In this document: positions 9,468-19,760 of the stretch, in pieces | Position numbering within the stretch: the first letter of the stretch is position 1 | Layout: every line of letters starts with the position of its first letter | Source: a virus | IMG/VR virus record: IMGVR_UViG_3300035034_001897 | Span: 14,947 to 78,946 of that record | Reading direction: 5' to 3' (one strand) | Length of the DNA: 64,000 bases | Notes under the pieces: generated by a model | Seen by the model: only the letters and a program-made list of their open reading frames with translations | Database searches by the model: none | What the model was told of the DNA's origin: nothing | Made by a program: the position numbers and the translations under genes

Positions 9468-9470
9468 AAC

Positions 9471-9941
9471 ATGATACAATTTAAAATTAGAAGTACAGAG
9501 AAACTAGCAAGTTCAAATACTCACGGAAAGTGTGATGTAATGAGAGTAATGCTAGAATCAAAGATTAAAAGAACTAATGAAGGTATTAAACGAGAGATCG
9601 GTGCTATTATTAAAAGTAGACATTTTTTAGAACAAGATTTAGAAGTTGAAACTACTGATGTTGATGGAGTAACAACTACGGAGACTATCACAGAAAGAAT
9701 GTATGTTAAAGGAAATGACCACGAAGCATACTGGGGTTTTTCAGTAGAAAAAGAGGCTTTTTATAGAGAGCAGTTAGCTTCTATAATGGACGGTAAAACA
9801 GAAGAAGAAAAGCAATTTATAATGTTTGTAGCTCAAACTCAAACGGCTGGTTTTGACGGTGGGGGTTGGCAAGGGATGCTTAATTGGATTCCTGACACGG
9901 AAGAGCATACGGTAGTAGAACAGTTTACAGTAGTTGAATAA
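9471..9941 (+). CDS. Hypothetical protein (possible fibre chaperone)
   Basis: ORF coupled to the fibre-like gene; function inferred from position only. Confidence 0.5.
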   Translation: MIQFKIRSTEKLASSNTHGKCDVMRVMLESKIKRTNEGIKREIGAIIKSRHFLEQDLEVETTDVDGVTTTETITERMYVKGNDHEAYWGFSVEKEAFYREQLASIMDGKTEEEKQFIMFVAQTQTAGFDGGGWQGMLNWIPDTEEHTVVEQFTVVE

Positions 9942-10408
9942 TGGGATGGAGCACTAATACATATTTTTATAATTCAAAAAACGTCTTAGCGCAAGGGGTT
10001 GAAGATGCAAAGGTATATCTATGGCTCAAAGGTTTTTATATTGAGCAAATCTATATATTTTTAGAAGCCTATAACTACTTTATAAAGTACCCTAACCACT
10101 ATGACGGTGCTACATTTTCACAAGATTTGTATGATATTAACGGTTTAGAATTAGCTAGTATGTTGCACGACTATTTATACAAAATAGGTGGGTATGCATC
10201 GAAAGAAACACTCCGTCAAGCAGATGCGATACTTATAAGAGTAATGCGACAATGTAATAAAAGCGGTGCAGAAATTAAATACAGACAGGTACGTTTATTT
10301 ATTTTAAGAGAGATCCTAAACTACGCCTGGATTAACAGGACTTTCAGAGGTAAAACTTTGACAGTTCAAAACAGGAGATTAATTGATAATATTTACTACG
10401 CATTATGA
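9941..10408 (+). CDS. DUF1353-like protein
   Basis: YDGAT...ASMLHDYLY...RQADAIL pattern. Confidence 0.6.
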   Translation: MGWSTNTYFYNSKNVLAQGVEDAKVYLWLKGFYIEQIYIFLEAYNYFIKYPNHYDGATFSQDLYDINGLELASMLHDYLYKIGGYASKETLRQADAILIRVMRQCNKSGAEIKYRQVRLFILREILNYAWINRTFRGKTLTVQNRRLIDNIYYAL

Positions 10409-10571
10409 GTTTATTATCAGACAATATAGGTGTTATATTAACAGCAGTAACATTAGGTGAGTGCATATGTATATTGTAACAGCGAAGAGAAGTTGGATTA
10501 AGTTGTAGGTGAACACTACTAGATGTTTTTAATTATAGCGTATATTTAAAACTTAATTTTAAAACATATAA

Positions 10572-10919
10572 ATGGACAAGCAAATCGAACAAAGCAATCT
10601 TAAATCAAATGAGCATTTAAAAATTACAATTACTCAATCATCAGCTGGAGAGATTTCCGTTACAGCTGATGGAGTTAATCAAACCGACTTCTTTCAAGTA
10701 TTAGGTATGATAGAGGTAGCTAAAAACAATCTAATGCAATCGATTCAGAATCAAGAGGTAGTTGAAGTGGAATTGGATGAATTAGACATTAAACTCAATC
10801 CAGAAGCGGATGTAAAAGTTGGACAGAAGATTCCGATGCCTAAAGCAGCTTTTGATATGAGAGAAAAGCAAAGAGCTTTAGCTATGGAATCTAAAGCAGA
10901 TATGAAAATTGAGAAATAA
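10572..10919 (+). CDS. Hypothetical protein
   Basis: ORF preceded by TATATTTA (10541) and followed by a hairpin. Confidence 0.65.
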   Translation: MDKQIEQSNLKSNEHLKITITQSSAGEISVTADGVNQTDFFQVLGMIEVAKNNLMQSIQNQEVVEVELDELDIKLNPEADVKVGQKIPMPKAAFDMREKQRALAMESKADMKIEK

Positions 10920-10943
10920 TAATCAATAAATCATTAAAGAACA

Positions 10944-10970
10944 AACACCTCCTAAAATGGAGGTGTTGTT
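10944..10970 (+). terminator. Hairpin, probable terminator
   Basis: AACACCTCC-TAAAAT-GGAGGTGTT; same stem sequence as the 5810 terminator. Confidence 0.65.
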
Positions 10971-11015
10971 GTATATAAGATATAGAATAGATATCTTGAA
11001 CTAAAATTGTAAATA

Positions 11016-11327
11016 ATGAAGGAAATTGAGCAAATTGATAAAGATCGAATAGAAATTGTAGGACAGAAAGAGCAACCTAAAGAGACTAAGATTGTAGGCA
11101 GAATGAAGAAGATTAAAGGTCTAACTTTATATCAACTCGATACAAAGAGTGGTGTAATATCTAAAGCAAAAGTCGTCTCAGACACAGCAGACTTTAAAAA
11201 TCCTAATAGAAAAATTGGAAAAGCAAAGTTTGAAGAAAACTGTCTCTACTTACAAGCATTAAATATTAAAAATGCTAAACGTAAGTTTGAAAAATTAGTT
11301 GATAAAATAATCGCATCGTCTAAATGA
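11016..11327 (+). CDS. Basic hypothetical protein
   Basis: ORF track; AT-rich start context. Confidence 0.6.
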   Translation: MKEIEQIDKDRIEIVGQKEQPKETKIVGRMKKIKGLTLYQLDTKSGVISKAKVVSDTADFKNPNRKIGKAKFEENCLYLQALNIKNAKRKFEKLVDKIIASSK

Positions 11328-11900
11328 AAAATCTATTCGCAGTACCATTTGATTCTTACCAAAGCACGAAAACAGATCAAGGTATTATTTACAATGTTAT
11401 CGATAAAGAAGGAAGTGTCTATATTCAATGTTGGGTAGCACACAGACCTTATGCAGATCACGATTTAACGATACAAGCTATCTCAGGAGCACCTAGTAGT
11501 GTACGTGATAAGTTTACTGAATTAATGAATGAAGTGTTTGGAGTAGGGCAATGGATCGTTCAGAGCAGATTTAGTGTAGAGAGTGTAAGAAAATCAGGTG
11601 CATTACAAACACAAAAATTCATAGACGATTGTCAAAGCATTTCTTACAGCGATAGAAGTAAAAAAGCAAATGTGCAACCAGCTCAAATTCAAGTGATTGG
11701 AGGACTAACTTATTAAAACCGTCATTGTTAGATATCGACTAGAGTTAGAGATCTTTTATCAAGAGATCCGACTAAACATAGACGTTGATAAACACAATAC
11801 AGATGAATTAATTAGAAAGTACTGTCAAAGATATTTCGACTTAAATTTTAGAAAAAAACCAGTTGTAGCCTTTTATGTTAGTAAAATCTTACGTACCTAA
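11324..11900 (+). CDS. Hypothetical protein; probably extends past a frame break at ~11708
   Basis: ORF 11324..11716. The +1 frame 11709-11900 is open and protein-like (IKTVIVRYRLELEIFYQEIRLNID...) with no ATG. Confidence 0.5.
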
Positions 11901-11987
11901 AGAAAGGCTTGGTAGTTTAACTCAAAATGGTGAGATTTATCCATTAAGTTTACTCAACAATAGTAAAAGATGTAACAAAACTCTTCA

Positions 11988-13703
11988 ATGTCATACTTAG
12001 ATTATACCATTCCTACATCACAAGCATCATCATCACTCGACAGTGAACTACAGAGAATTCAAGTCGAGAAGGGTCAGATTGCTCAACGAGAATATAGAGC
12101 ACTATCTCAAGCATTGTCATCAGACAATCCTAATGACATCATTAAAGCCAATACTTATTGGGAAGATGTTCAAAACAGACAAGATAGTGGAGTCAAAACT
12201 AGACTAGTTGATCCTAATGAATGGACTCAAGGTGCTGGCTATAAACATAAAAGATTTCAACTAGATTATAGTACATTGAGAAGGATGGTGTCAACTACTC
12301 CTATCATTAAAGCTATTGTAGGAACTAGACAGGCTCAAGTGAGTGCGTTTTCAACTCCACAGAAGAGTAAGTATGAAACTGGATTCGTTATTCGTAAGAA
12401 AAGGGAGTTTTATACAGACGAAGAGCCTATTGTAACTCGAGAAGATAAGCAGACTATTAATGAATTAACGAAATTCATTCTTAATGGTGGTGATGACGAA
12501 AATGCGTGGAATGGAGACACTTTTGATACGTTTCTTAAAAAACTAGCAAACGACTCACTAACGTTAGATCAAGCGTGTTTTGAAATAGTTAGAAGTAATA
12601 AAGGTGAGCCAGTTGAATATCTAGCAGTAGATGGAGCGACAATAGTATTAGCAGACACACATAACGATGAGCAAGAGGTTGTTGATAGAGAATATGATCA
12701 CGCAGGAAATAAACGTAAAAGAGTAAGAGGCTATTTACCATCATACGTTCAAGTAATTGATTCAGTAATTCACAATGAATACTATCCTTGGGAAATGTGT
12801 ATGGGAATTAGAAATTCTACTACAGATATCAGATCGAATGGGTATGGTAAAAGTGAAGTAGAGGAATTAGTTAGTATTATTACTTGGATGTTATATGGAG
12901 ACACATATAACGGAAAATTTTTTAGTCAAGGTAGCAATCCAAAAGGAATGCTTAAAGTAGGTTCAGGAGTTAATAGAAACCGACTCGCAGAGTTTAGACA
13001 GCAATGGTTATCAATGGTAGCTGGAGTTCAGAATGCTTGGAAGGTTCCAATGGTTGAGGGAGATGTTGAATGGATTGATATGCAGAAAGGCAATCGAGAT
13101 ATGGAGTTCTCGGCGTGGCAAGAATACTTGATAAAGGTTGCGTGTGCAGTATTTAAGATCGCACCAGAAGAGGTTGGATTTAATATCGATAAGAGTGGAG
13201 GTCTTGGTGGAGAAAATGATAGCGATGTCAAAATTAGATATTCGAGAGATAAAGGATTGAAGCCAATGCTGAAATCATTTGAGTTCTGGATTAATAAGTG
13301 GTTAGTTGCTCCTAAAAATGCAGACTTTGAGTTTAAGTTTGTAGGATTAGATACAGATAGTGAAGAGAAAGAGGTTGAACTACTCAATAAAAAAGTTGAG
13401 CATGGAATGGGTCTTAAAGAATATCGTCGTGCAATTGGATTGCCAGAAGATTTAGAAGAAGGAGACTTCCCACTTAACAATATATATGTTCAAATGCAAG
13501 GACAATTAGCAATGCAAGAGCAGAGTGAAGAAAATGGAGAATTCGTTGATCAAGATCAGGCAAGTGAAGAAGATGATTTCTGGAACAGTATTGATATGGA
13601 AAAAGGTGTGCTTGATCAAATGAATCAATTGAAAGTGTATAAAGGCAACCCTATGATGAAGGATGCATTAAATATGTTAATTGGAGATGGAGCAGCAAAA
13701 TAA
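11988..13703 (+). CDS. Portal protein (SPO1/Twort-like)
   Basis: DSLTLDQACFE, NGYGKSEVE, FFSQGSNPKG, DMEFSAWQEYLIKVACAVFKIAPEEVGF and SRDKGLKP motifs. Confidence 0.92.
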   Translation: MSYLDYTIPTSQASSSLDSELQRIQVEKGQIAQREYRALSQALSSDNPNDIIKANTYWEDVQNRQDSGVKTRLVDPNEWTQGAGYKHKRFQLDYSTLRRMVSTTPIIKAIVGTRQAQVSAFSTPQKSKYETGFVIRKKREFYTDEEPIVTREDKQTINELTKFILNGGDDENAWNGDTFDTFLKKLANDSLTLDQACFEIVRSNKGEPVEYLAVDGATIVLADTHNDEQEVVDREYDHAGNKRKRVRGYLPSYVQVIDSVIHNEYYPWEMCMGIRNSTTDIRSNGYGKSEVEELVSIITWMLYGDTYNGKFFSQGSNPKGMLKVGSGVNRNRLAEFRQQWLSMVAGVQNAWKVPMVEGDVEWIDMQKGNRDMEFSAWQEYLIKVACAVFKIAPEEVGFNIDKSGGLGGENDSDVKIRYSRDKGLKPMLKSFEFWINKWLVAPKNADFEFKFVGLDTDSEEKEVELLNKKVEHGMGLKEYRRAIGLPEDLEEGDFPLNNIYVQMQGQLAMQEQSEENGEFVDQDQASEEDDFWNSIDMEKGVLDQMNQLKVYKGNPMMKDALNMLIGDGAAK

Positions 13704-14055
13704 CAAAACTAATTTCCAACTAATCTTAGTGATAGTGGTAGCAGTACTTCTATTTATAGGAGGAATGTGGTTGGGCAGTAGAAATTCGTCAAAAAATCAT
13801 TTCGATACTGAACGTGAACTAATTAAAGAAGAGAGAGATTCTCTTAATACACTCATCAAAGTAAATAAAGAAATTGATAAAGTGATTGTTAGTAGATTTG
13901 ATAGCTTAGTTCAAGTGAGAGATGTCAACTTTGAAAAAGCATTGAAGCAGATTGAAACAAATATTCGTAATTTAAGAATTAAAAGAGATGAAGAACTTCG
14001 TGGTATTAATAGTAATGACTCTTTGTACTTGCGCATTCTCGCAAGAAAGCAATAA
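13687..14055 (+). CDS. Inner-membrane spanin-like protein
   Basis: N-terminal TM followed by a coiled coil; overlaps the next gene. Confidence 0.5.
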   Translation: MEQQNNKTNFQLILVIVVAVLLFIGGMWLGSRNSSKNHFDTERELIKEERDSLNTLIKVNKEIDKVIVSRFDSLVQVRDVNFEKALKQIETNIRNLRIKRDEELRGINSNDSLYLRILARKQ

Positions 14056-14446
14056 ATCACTGTCACTAACTGACTTTTTAAAATCCATTACAGATGTAAT
14101 GGAAATGGTCATCTCTCCAGACACAGTGGTAGTAATGAAAAAGCCTCACGCGAAATATATTGCTGGCATAAGAGTGAAGTACAATTATCAACTTAAATAT
14201 TCAGTAGAGCAAGATTCAACTATAACTGCATTACAACAAAAAGTTGGAGAGTATATTAAAGGAGAATCTCTACTATTTCGACGCATAACTACAAAAGATA
14301 CTGTCATTATTGCTCTACAAACAGTTAATAAAGGATTAGAAAGAGAGAGAGATGGTTTTGAGTCTTTATGGAAGGATCAGAAGAAAACTACTTGGTTAGT
14401 TGGAATAATAGCGGTATTAACTACAATATTAGGTTTTACGTTATAA
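13988..14446 (+). CDS. Spanin-like secreted protein with C-terminal TM
   Basis: Signal peptide MKNFVVLIVMTLCTCAFS|Q, coiled coil, C-terminal hydrophobic helix. Confidence 0.5.
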   Translation: MKNFVVLIVMTLCTCAFSQESNKSLSLTDFLKSITDVMEMVISPDTVVVMKKPHAKYIAGIRVKYNYQLKYSVEQDSTITALQQKVGEYIKGESLLFRRITTKDTVIIALQTVNKGLERERDGFESLWKDQKKTTWLVGIIAVLTTILGFTL

Positions 14447-14580
14447 TGACACAAAAAAAGAAAAAATACTTAGATCGACCGAGATTTCCAGTGATAAATG
14501 ATTATGAGAATGATTTCAGAAAATCTTGGAAATTGTCAATGAAGATAGCTTTGAAAGAAATTGAAAATAAAATCAAATGA
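14446..14580 (+). CDS. Small hypothetical protein (44 aa)
   Basis: TAATG-coupled start, MTQKKKKYLDRPRFPVI. Confidence 0.5.
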   Translation: MTQKKKKYLDRPRFPVINDYENDFRKSWKLSMKIALKEIENKIK

Positions 14581-15070
14581 TAGAAATTACAACATCAATT
14601 CACAAACGTCAGCAACAAATTCGTGCCAATATAGTGAAAGGATTAAAGACTCCTACATTTAGTGGATTTAAGTTAGAGAACAAATACAACTATAAGGTTT
14701 ACAGATTTCAATAGAGAATAAGCAAGGATCTACACGTAAATGGAAAGATGGAGATAAAGAAGGTTCTACGTTAATGCACTATGATTATGGATATATTAGA
14801 AATACTGTAGGAAACGATAACGATCACGTTGACTGCTACATTAATTCAAAAAATATAGTTGATCAAGTCTTTGTTATTCATCAAAATAGACCTAAAACTG
14901 GTCAATTCGATGAAGATAAGGTAATGTTAGGTTTTGATAGTGCAGACGAAGCTAAGAGAGCTTATTTAACTCATTACGATAGCGAAAAATTCTTTGGATC
15001 GATGACTGAAATGACCCTCGATCAATTCAAAAGCAAAGCGTTAGGTAAAAAAAATCGTAAAATTCAATAA
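14577..15070 (+). CDS. Inorganic-pyrophosphatase-like (InPase) domain protein with leader; 1-nt frame break at ~14694
   Basis: Adding one base at tataaggt gives MIEITTSIHKRQQQIRANIVKG...GLQISIENKQGSTRKW...MHYDYGYI..DNDHVDCY...FDEDKVMLGF. This is the InPase pattern of phage polyvalent proteins. Confidence 0.75.
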
Positions 15071-16035
15071 TGATACTTAGTCCAAATCAAATTACAGATT
15101 TACTGTCGATTATAGACAAATACACTTTGACGTTTGCAGCACACCATATAGGAGTGCAAGGAATGAATCAAGCTCAACTAAATTTACTGCAGCAATCAGG
15201 AGTGAATATATCTAAGATAGCAATTCAAACATCAAATATTAATCAAGCATTTAGGTTTGGAATTCTTAGCAGTGCGTTAGGAGATGCAAATGCTAAGAAT
15301 ATGAGTTACAGTCAACTCAAAGGATTTATTAGTAGTGGAAAGATGTTTAAGTTGTCAGCTATTGAAAGTGCAGCTCTACAAAATCTACAATATCAAACAG
15401 TAACGCAAGTAGTCAAATTTGGAGATAAGATTAAAAACGATATCATTGACAAGTTGGTGTACGCTGACAAGAAAAATAATGCAGTTAAGCACAGTAAGGT
15501 TGTTACAGATGCAGTCAACAACGCAATACAAGAAAGAAAAGGAGTGCAATCAGTAATTTCAGATATTGGTCACGAATTAGATAATTGGGATAGAGATTTT
15601 GGTAGAATAGCAGATTTTGTAATGCATACAGCATTTGAGGAAGGTAGAGCATTGAAAATTATGCAGACACAAGGAAATCAATCTTTAGTATATAAAGATG
15701 TGTACTTAGGAGCTTGTCCTCATTGCATAAAAAACTATCTTACTGGAGGAATTGGAAGTGCGCCTAAAATATTCACTATTCAACAAATAACAGCGAACGG
15801 GACTAATGTAGGGAAGAAAGTGAAAGATTGGTTGCCAGTATTAGGACCTCTTCATCCTTGGTGTAGATGTACATTAATGCAAGTACCTAACCAATTCAAT
15901 TTAATAGACTATAACAACGGCTTATGGTTATGGGACGGAAGACAGTTTATAAGAAATGCTGATAAATATCAGCGCAAAGTAAGGCGAAATAGTAAAGTAA
16001 AAGTAACTGTTAACGGAAAAACAACGGAAGTATGA
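15070..16035 (+). CDS. Head morphogenesis protein (MuF / SPP1 gp7-like)
   Basis: ACPHC and GPLHPWCRCTL motifs; lies between portal and protease. Confidence 0.8.
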   Translation: MILSPNQITDLLSIIDKYTLTFAAHHIGVQGMNQAQLNLLQQSGVNISKIAIQTSNINQAFRFGILSSALGDANAKNMSYSQLKGFISSGKMFKLSAIESAALQNLQYQTVTQVVKFGDKIKNDIIDKLVYADKKNNAVKHSKVVTDAVNNAIQERKGVQSVISDIGHELDNWDRDFGRIADFVMHTAFEEGRALKIMQTQGNQSLVYKDVYLGACPHCIKNYLTGGIGSAPKIFTIQQITANGTNVGKKVKDWLPVLGPLHPWCRCTLMQVPNQFNLIDYNNGLWLWDGRQFIRNADKYQRKVRRNSKVKVTVNGKTTEV

Positions 16036-16226
16036 TACAAAGATTTTTATATTGGTGCAATGAAAGAGCTTATTTGAGAAATGAGACTGTATTGCTAAGA
16101 AAGATAATTAATAGAAAAAATGCAGATATAGTTGCAGCAGCGAATCTTATTCAAAATGAAAGGATGAAGCACGAAGCTGAACTAATGGCAATTGAATTAA
16201 AAAATAATTTACATAGCTCTGACTAA
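16032..16226 (+). CDS. Small hypothetical protein
   Basis: ATGA-coupled ORF. Confidence 0.45.
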   Translation: MIQRFLYWCNERAYLRNETVLLRKIINRKNADIVAAANLIQNERMKHEAELMAIELKNNLHSSD

Positions 16227-16228
16227 AG

Positions 16229-16261
16229 GTTGGTCTGTATATTATATTTACAGTATATTTA
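16229..16261 (+). promoter_or_regulatory. Promoter, class B, upstream of the head genes
   Basis: GTTG-N21-TATATTTA. Confidence 0.55.
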
Positions 16262-16281
16262 CAACTTAAACTACAATTATT

Positions 16282-16566
16282 ATGAAAACATTTATTTTCG
16301 AAAACGCTGGAAAAACTTTAAAAGTAGCAATTAAATGCGATGTTTTCGCAACTAATGCGCAACTACAAGAGCCAGGATTTGATACTCGATTTACAGCAAT
16401 GACAGTAGAAGATAGCGATGAAGCAATTCAAGCTGGACTGAACATTAATGAGATGGAGCAAAATCTTCAAGGATTGAAAGCAAAAGCTACAGAATTAGGA
16501 TGGTCTCTTTCAGTAGCTGACATCAATGAAGAAGGTGGAACAATTGAATTAGTTGCAGCAGTATAA
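16282..16566 (+). CDS. Hypothetical head-module protein
   Basis: Coupled to the protease gene by TAATG. Confidence 0.65.
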   Translation: MKTFIFENAGKTLKVAIKCDVFATNAQLQEPGFDTRFTAMTVEDSDEAIQAGLNINEMEQNLQGLKAKATELGWSLSVADINEEGGTIELVAAV

Positions 16567-18146
16567 TGAAACAGCAATTCCAAACACATATACCTCTTGA
16601 GTTAATCAAAGGAAAGGATCAAGAAGGCAACCCTATTATGAAAATGAGAGGTGTTGCTTCTACTCCATCCGAAGATGCAGATAAGGAATTTTTAGAGCCT
16701 AAAGGATTTGACTCTGAATATTTCCTCAAGCACGGATTTATGAATTGGAATCATCAAGCAAACAACGATCCGTCAGCAATTGTTGGCAAGCCTACTGGAG
16801 CAAGTGTTGATGGAGAAGATTACGTAATAGACTTCAATCTATTTCCAGATAGCAAAAAAGCTCAACAAATCTATGAATTGCAAAAAGTTCTCGAATCTCA
16901 AGGACTTGCGTTAGGTTTATCTATCGAGGGTAAAGTCCTTGAGAGAGATCCTTTAAATAATAGTAGAGTAACTAAAGCTAAAATAACTGGATGTGCTATC
17001 ACGCCTAATCCAAAGAATCAAGATACAGTAACTCAAATAATTAAGGGTCACGATTATGATGCATTAATTAGCGATTCTGACGAAGAGGACGAAGAGGATG
17101 AAGATGGTGATAAGAAAGAGAAGGCTTTATCTGCAGCATCAGCTAGTGGACAAGCAATAACAAAAGAGTCTCTTGATGGAGATTTAAAAGACATTACACA
17201 AAGTAAAAAATTAACCAAAGGTGAGGTTATTGAGAAAATTTCACTAGATTTACCATCCCTAAACGAGGATCAAGTTAAATCTATTTATAATTTAACACAT
17301 AAAATTCAAAAAGCAATCGATATGGATACTGCAACAAAACAAAAAGAAACTCCAACAATTACTCCAGAAACGTTAAAGAAAGCGTACGATATACTAAATT
17401 TAGTATCTCCAGAAAAAGCGTTAGAAAAGAGTGAAGCTGGCAATAATGATTTGTCAGGTAATGACGGACTATCTCTTGAGGAAATCACAGCAAAGAAGAA
17501 TGAACTGGAAAAATCTCTTGCAGCAGTTACTGAGCTTGAGAAAGCGTGTAAGACTGAAAAAATGAATGACGACGACGATATGAAGAAGTCGGAAGATGAT
17601 GATAAGAAAGATGATGATGATAAGAAAGATGATGATGCAGACGACGACAAAAAAGACGACAAAAAAGACGACAAAATGGAAAAAGGTCTTGGTGATACTG
17701 TAATAGGGCAGAACAATGACGAATTAATCAAGTCACTTACTGCAGTATTTAAAGGAGAGCTTGGTCAAATAGAAGCTGGATCGAATGAAAAATTCAAAGC
17801 TGTTGGTCAATTAATGAAGTCTTTCACTGGAACAGTAGAAGCTATTGACGAGCGATTATCTGCTTTTGAAAATCAGACGAAAGGACGTAAGTCTGTTACA
17901 ACTCAAAAGCAACACGTAATTGAAAAGTCGTTTGCAAGCGATCAACAAGACGTTCAAGGTGACCAAAAACAATATTTGAATTTGACAGCACACAAAACAC
18001 AGATTTCAAAAGCTCTTACAGACAGTTTTCTAGCAAGCGAGAATAAAGATGAGACTTTAAGAAAAGGAATACTATTATATGATCAATCTGGACAAGCAAA
18101 TCCAACAATTCAAGCGAAAGCGAGAGAATTAGGATTGATCAAGTAA
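16566..18146 (+). CDS. Prohead protease fused to scaffold
   Basis: GVASTPSEDAD, NWNH, GLSIEG and GCAITPNPKN (HK97/SPO1-type protease). Acidic coiled C-terminal half with many hydrophobic-x-K-(S/A/G) sites. Confidence 0.88.
   Translation: MKQQFQTHIPLELIKGKDQEGNPIMKMRGVASTPSEDADKEFLEPKGFDSEYFLKHGFMNWNHQANNDPSAIVGKPTGASVDGEDYVIDFNLFPDSKKAQQIYELQKVLESQGLALGLSIEGKVLERDPLNNSRVTKAKITGCAITPNPKNQDTVTQIIKGHDYDALISDSDEEDEEDEDGDKKEKALSAASASGQAITKESLDGDLKDITQSKKLTKGEVIEKISLDLPSLNEDQVKSIYNLTHKIQKAIDMDTATKQKETPTITPETLKKAYDILNLVSPEKALEKSEAGNNDLSGNDGLSLEEITAKKNELEKSLAAVTELEKACKTEKMNDDDDMKKSEDDDKKDDDDKKDDDADDDKKDDKKDDKMEKGLGDTVIGQNNDELIKSLTAVFKGELGQIEAGSNEKFKAVGQLMKSFTGTVEAIDERLSAFENQTKGRKSVTTQKQHVIEKSFASDQQDVQGDQKQYLNLTAHKTQISKALTDSFLASENKDETLRKGILLYDQSGQANPTIQAKARELGLIK
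17566..17676 (+). repeat. Low-complexity DDDKK coding repeat in the scaffold
   Basis: gatgatgataagaaa and gacgacaaaaaa tandem units. Confidence 0.7.
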
Positions 18147-18206
18147 AAATACAACATCGTACATAACATCGGAGAAAAACAAATTAATTTTAAAAAATTT
18201 TCTCAT

Positions 18207-19736
18207 ATGGAAAACTTAACAGTACCCTTAGCGTCATATTCGCACGGAAGTGGTTTCGGAGCAGATGCAAGTCAGCAAGCAAATTTGAGCGCGTCTCAAC
18301 TAGCTGAATTGTCAAAAGCCCTTGAAGCTGGTCAGTTGCAAGGTGGAGCAATGGGTAACCCTGCGCAATCAAACGGTGGTGCACTAAAGACAGAGTCTTT
18401 AGAAAGCTCACTTAAACTAATTACTTTCCGTGAAGCGGATATTCGTTTTTGGAAGAGATTCCCAAAAACAGCTGCTTATAATACGGTAGAAGAGTACAAC
18501 CAACACACGAGCTATGGTACTGATCGTGGAGGATTCAATAACGAAGGTGAATTGCCGGAAGAAGAAGACTCTAGCTATGTACGTAAGGCAGAACACGTGA
18601 AGTATTTAGGTGTAACTAAATCAGTTACCCACCCAATGCAATTGGTGAATACTAACGTTGGAGATATCATTCAGAAGGAAACTACTAATGGTATTATGTG
18701 GATCTTACGTAAAGCTGATAGAGCTTTATTTTATGGAGATGAGAAAGTTGTTTCTCAAGAATGGAATGGTTTATATGCTCAGCATTTAAACAATGATCAG
18801 TTTGCTAACTTAGAAGAGTATTACAGCTCTCCATTAGTAATTGACCTTAGAGGTTCTGCTCTTACAGAAGCTAACATTGAGAGTGGAGCTCAAGTACTTT
18901 TAACGAAGTTTGCTCAACCTAACTTAATGGTTGCACCTCCAGTAGTATTTAGTGAATTTGCTAAAGGATTCTACGCACGTCAACGTATTGCAACGGGAGG
19001 AAGTGTAAATGGTAATGTTACTGGCGCTACAATGGGTCAACACATTAGTAACTTCCAATCTATGTACGGATTGATTGACTTTGAGTATGACATCTTTGCT
19101 GCGAAAAACCCAGGGAAACTTTCTACAGTAGGAGGTACATCACCAAAAGCACCTACAGCACCTACAGTTGGAGCAACTCCAATAGCAGTTGTAAATGCAG
19201 ACGGACAGTCTCGTTTCAATGACGGAACTGGTGATTATTACTACGCAGTTACTGCTATAAACCGATATGGTGAATCAGCAATGACTCAGTTAGGAGGATC
19301 TGTTACTGTTGCAAACGCAGATGATAGTGTAGATTTACAGTTTACTGCGACACCAGGACCTTACACTCCAAATGCTTATGTAGTTTATCGATCTAAAAAG
19401 AATCCTTCTGGATCTTTTGCAATGACAACGATGTATCCTATCGCTACAGTACCAGTTGCTGGAACAGATGCTAAGAGAGGTTCTCTTGCAAATGGAGTTG
19501 ATGGTGGTGCAGCAGGAATTGTTAGAGATAGAAATAGAATTCTACCTGATACTCAAGAGGCTCTTCTTTTACAAGGAGATACAGATGTGATCGAGTTCAA
19601 GCAACTTGCACCTCTTATGAAAATGCCACTTGCGAAGTTGAGTCCAGCTGACCGATTTATGGTCTTGCTTTATGGTACTCCAATTGTGTACGCACCATCT
19701 AAGATGATACGTTACATCAATATTGGTAAAGCGTAA
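18207..19736 (+). CDS. Major capsid protein (SPO1/Twort-like)
   Basis: LSKA cleavage-type site, GGALKTESLE, ALFYGD, EWNGL, FN3-like insertion (YYYAVTAINRYGES), PLMKMPLA..F.VLLYG. Confidence 0.93.
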   Translation: MENLTVPLASYSHGSGFGADASQQANLSASQLAELSKALEAGQLQGGAMGNPAQSNGGALKTESLESSLKLITFREADIRFWKRFPKTAAYNTVEEYNQHTSYGTDRGGFNNEGELPEEEDSSYVRKAEHVKYLGVTKSVTHPMQLVNTNVGDIIQKETTNGIMWILRKADRALFYGDEKVVSQEWNGLYAQHLNNDQFANLEEYYSSPLVIDLRGSALTEANIESGAQVLLTKFAQPNLMVAPPVVFSEFAKGFYARQRIATGGSVNGNVTGATMGQHISNFQSMYGLIDFEYDIFAAKNPGKLSTVGGTSPKAPTAPTVGATPIAVVNADGQSRFNDGTGDYYYAVTAINRYGESAMTQLGGSVTVANADDSVDLQFTATPGPYTPNAYVVYRSKKNPSGSFAMTTMYPIATVPVAGTDAKRGSLANGVDGGAAGIVRDRNRILPDTQEALLLQGDTDVIEFKQLAPLMKMPLAKLSPADRFMVLLYGTPIVYAPSKMIRYINIGKA

Positions 19737-19760
19737 GCTCAACTTGATATATATAAAACG

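Noticed and set aside
10405-10479. 24-aa hydrophobic ORF MSLLSDNIGVILTAVTLGECICIL, possible holin remnant
   Set aside because: Too short to support without homologues.
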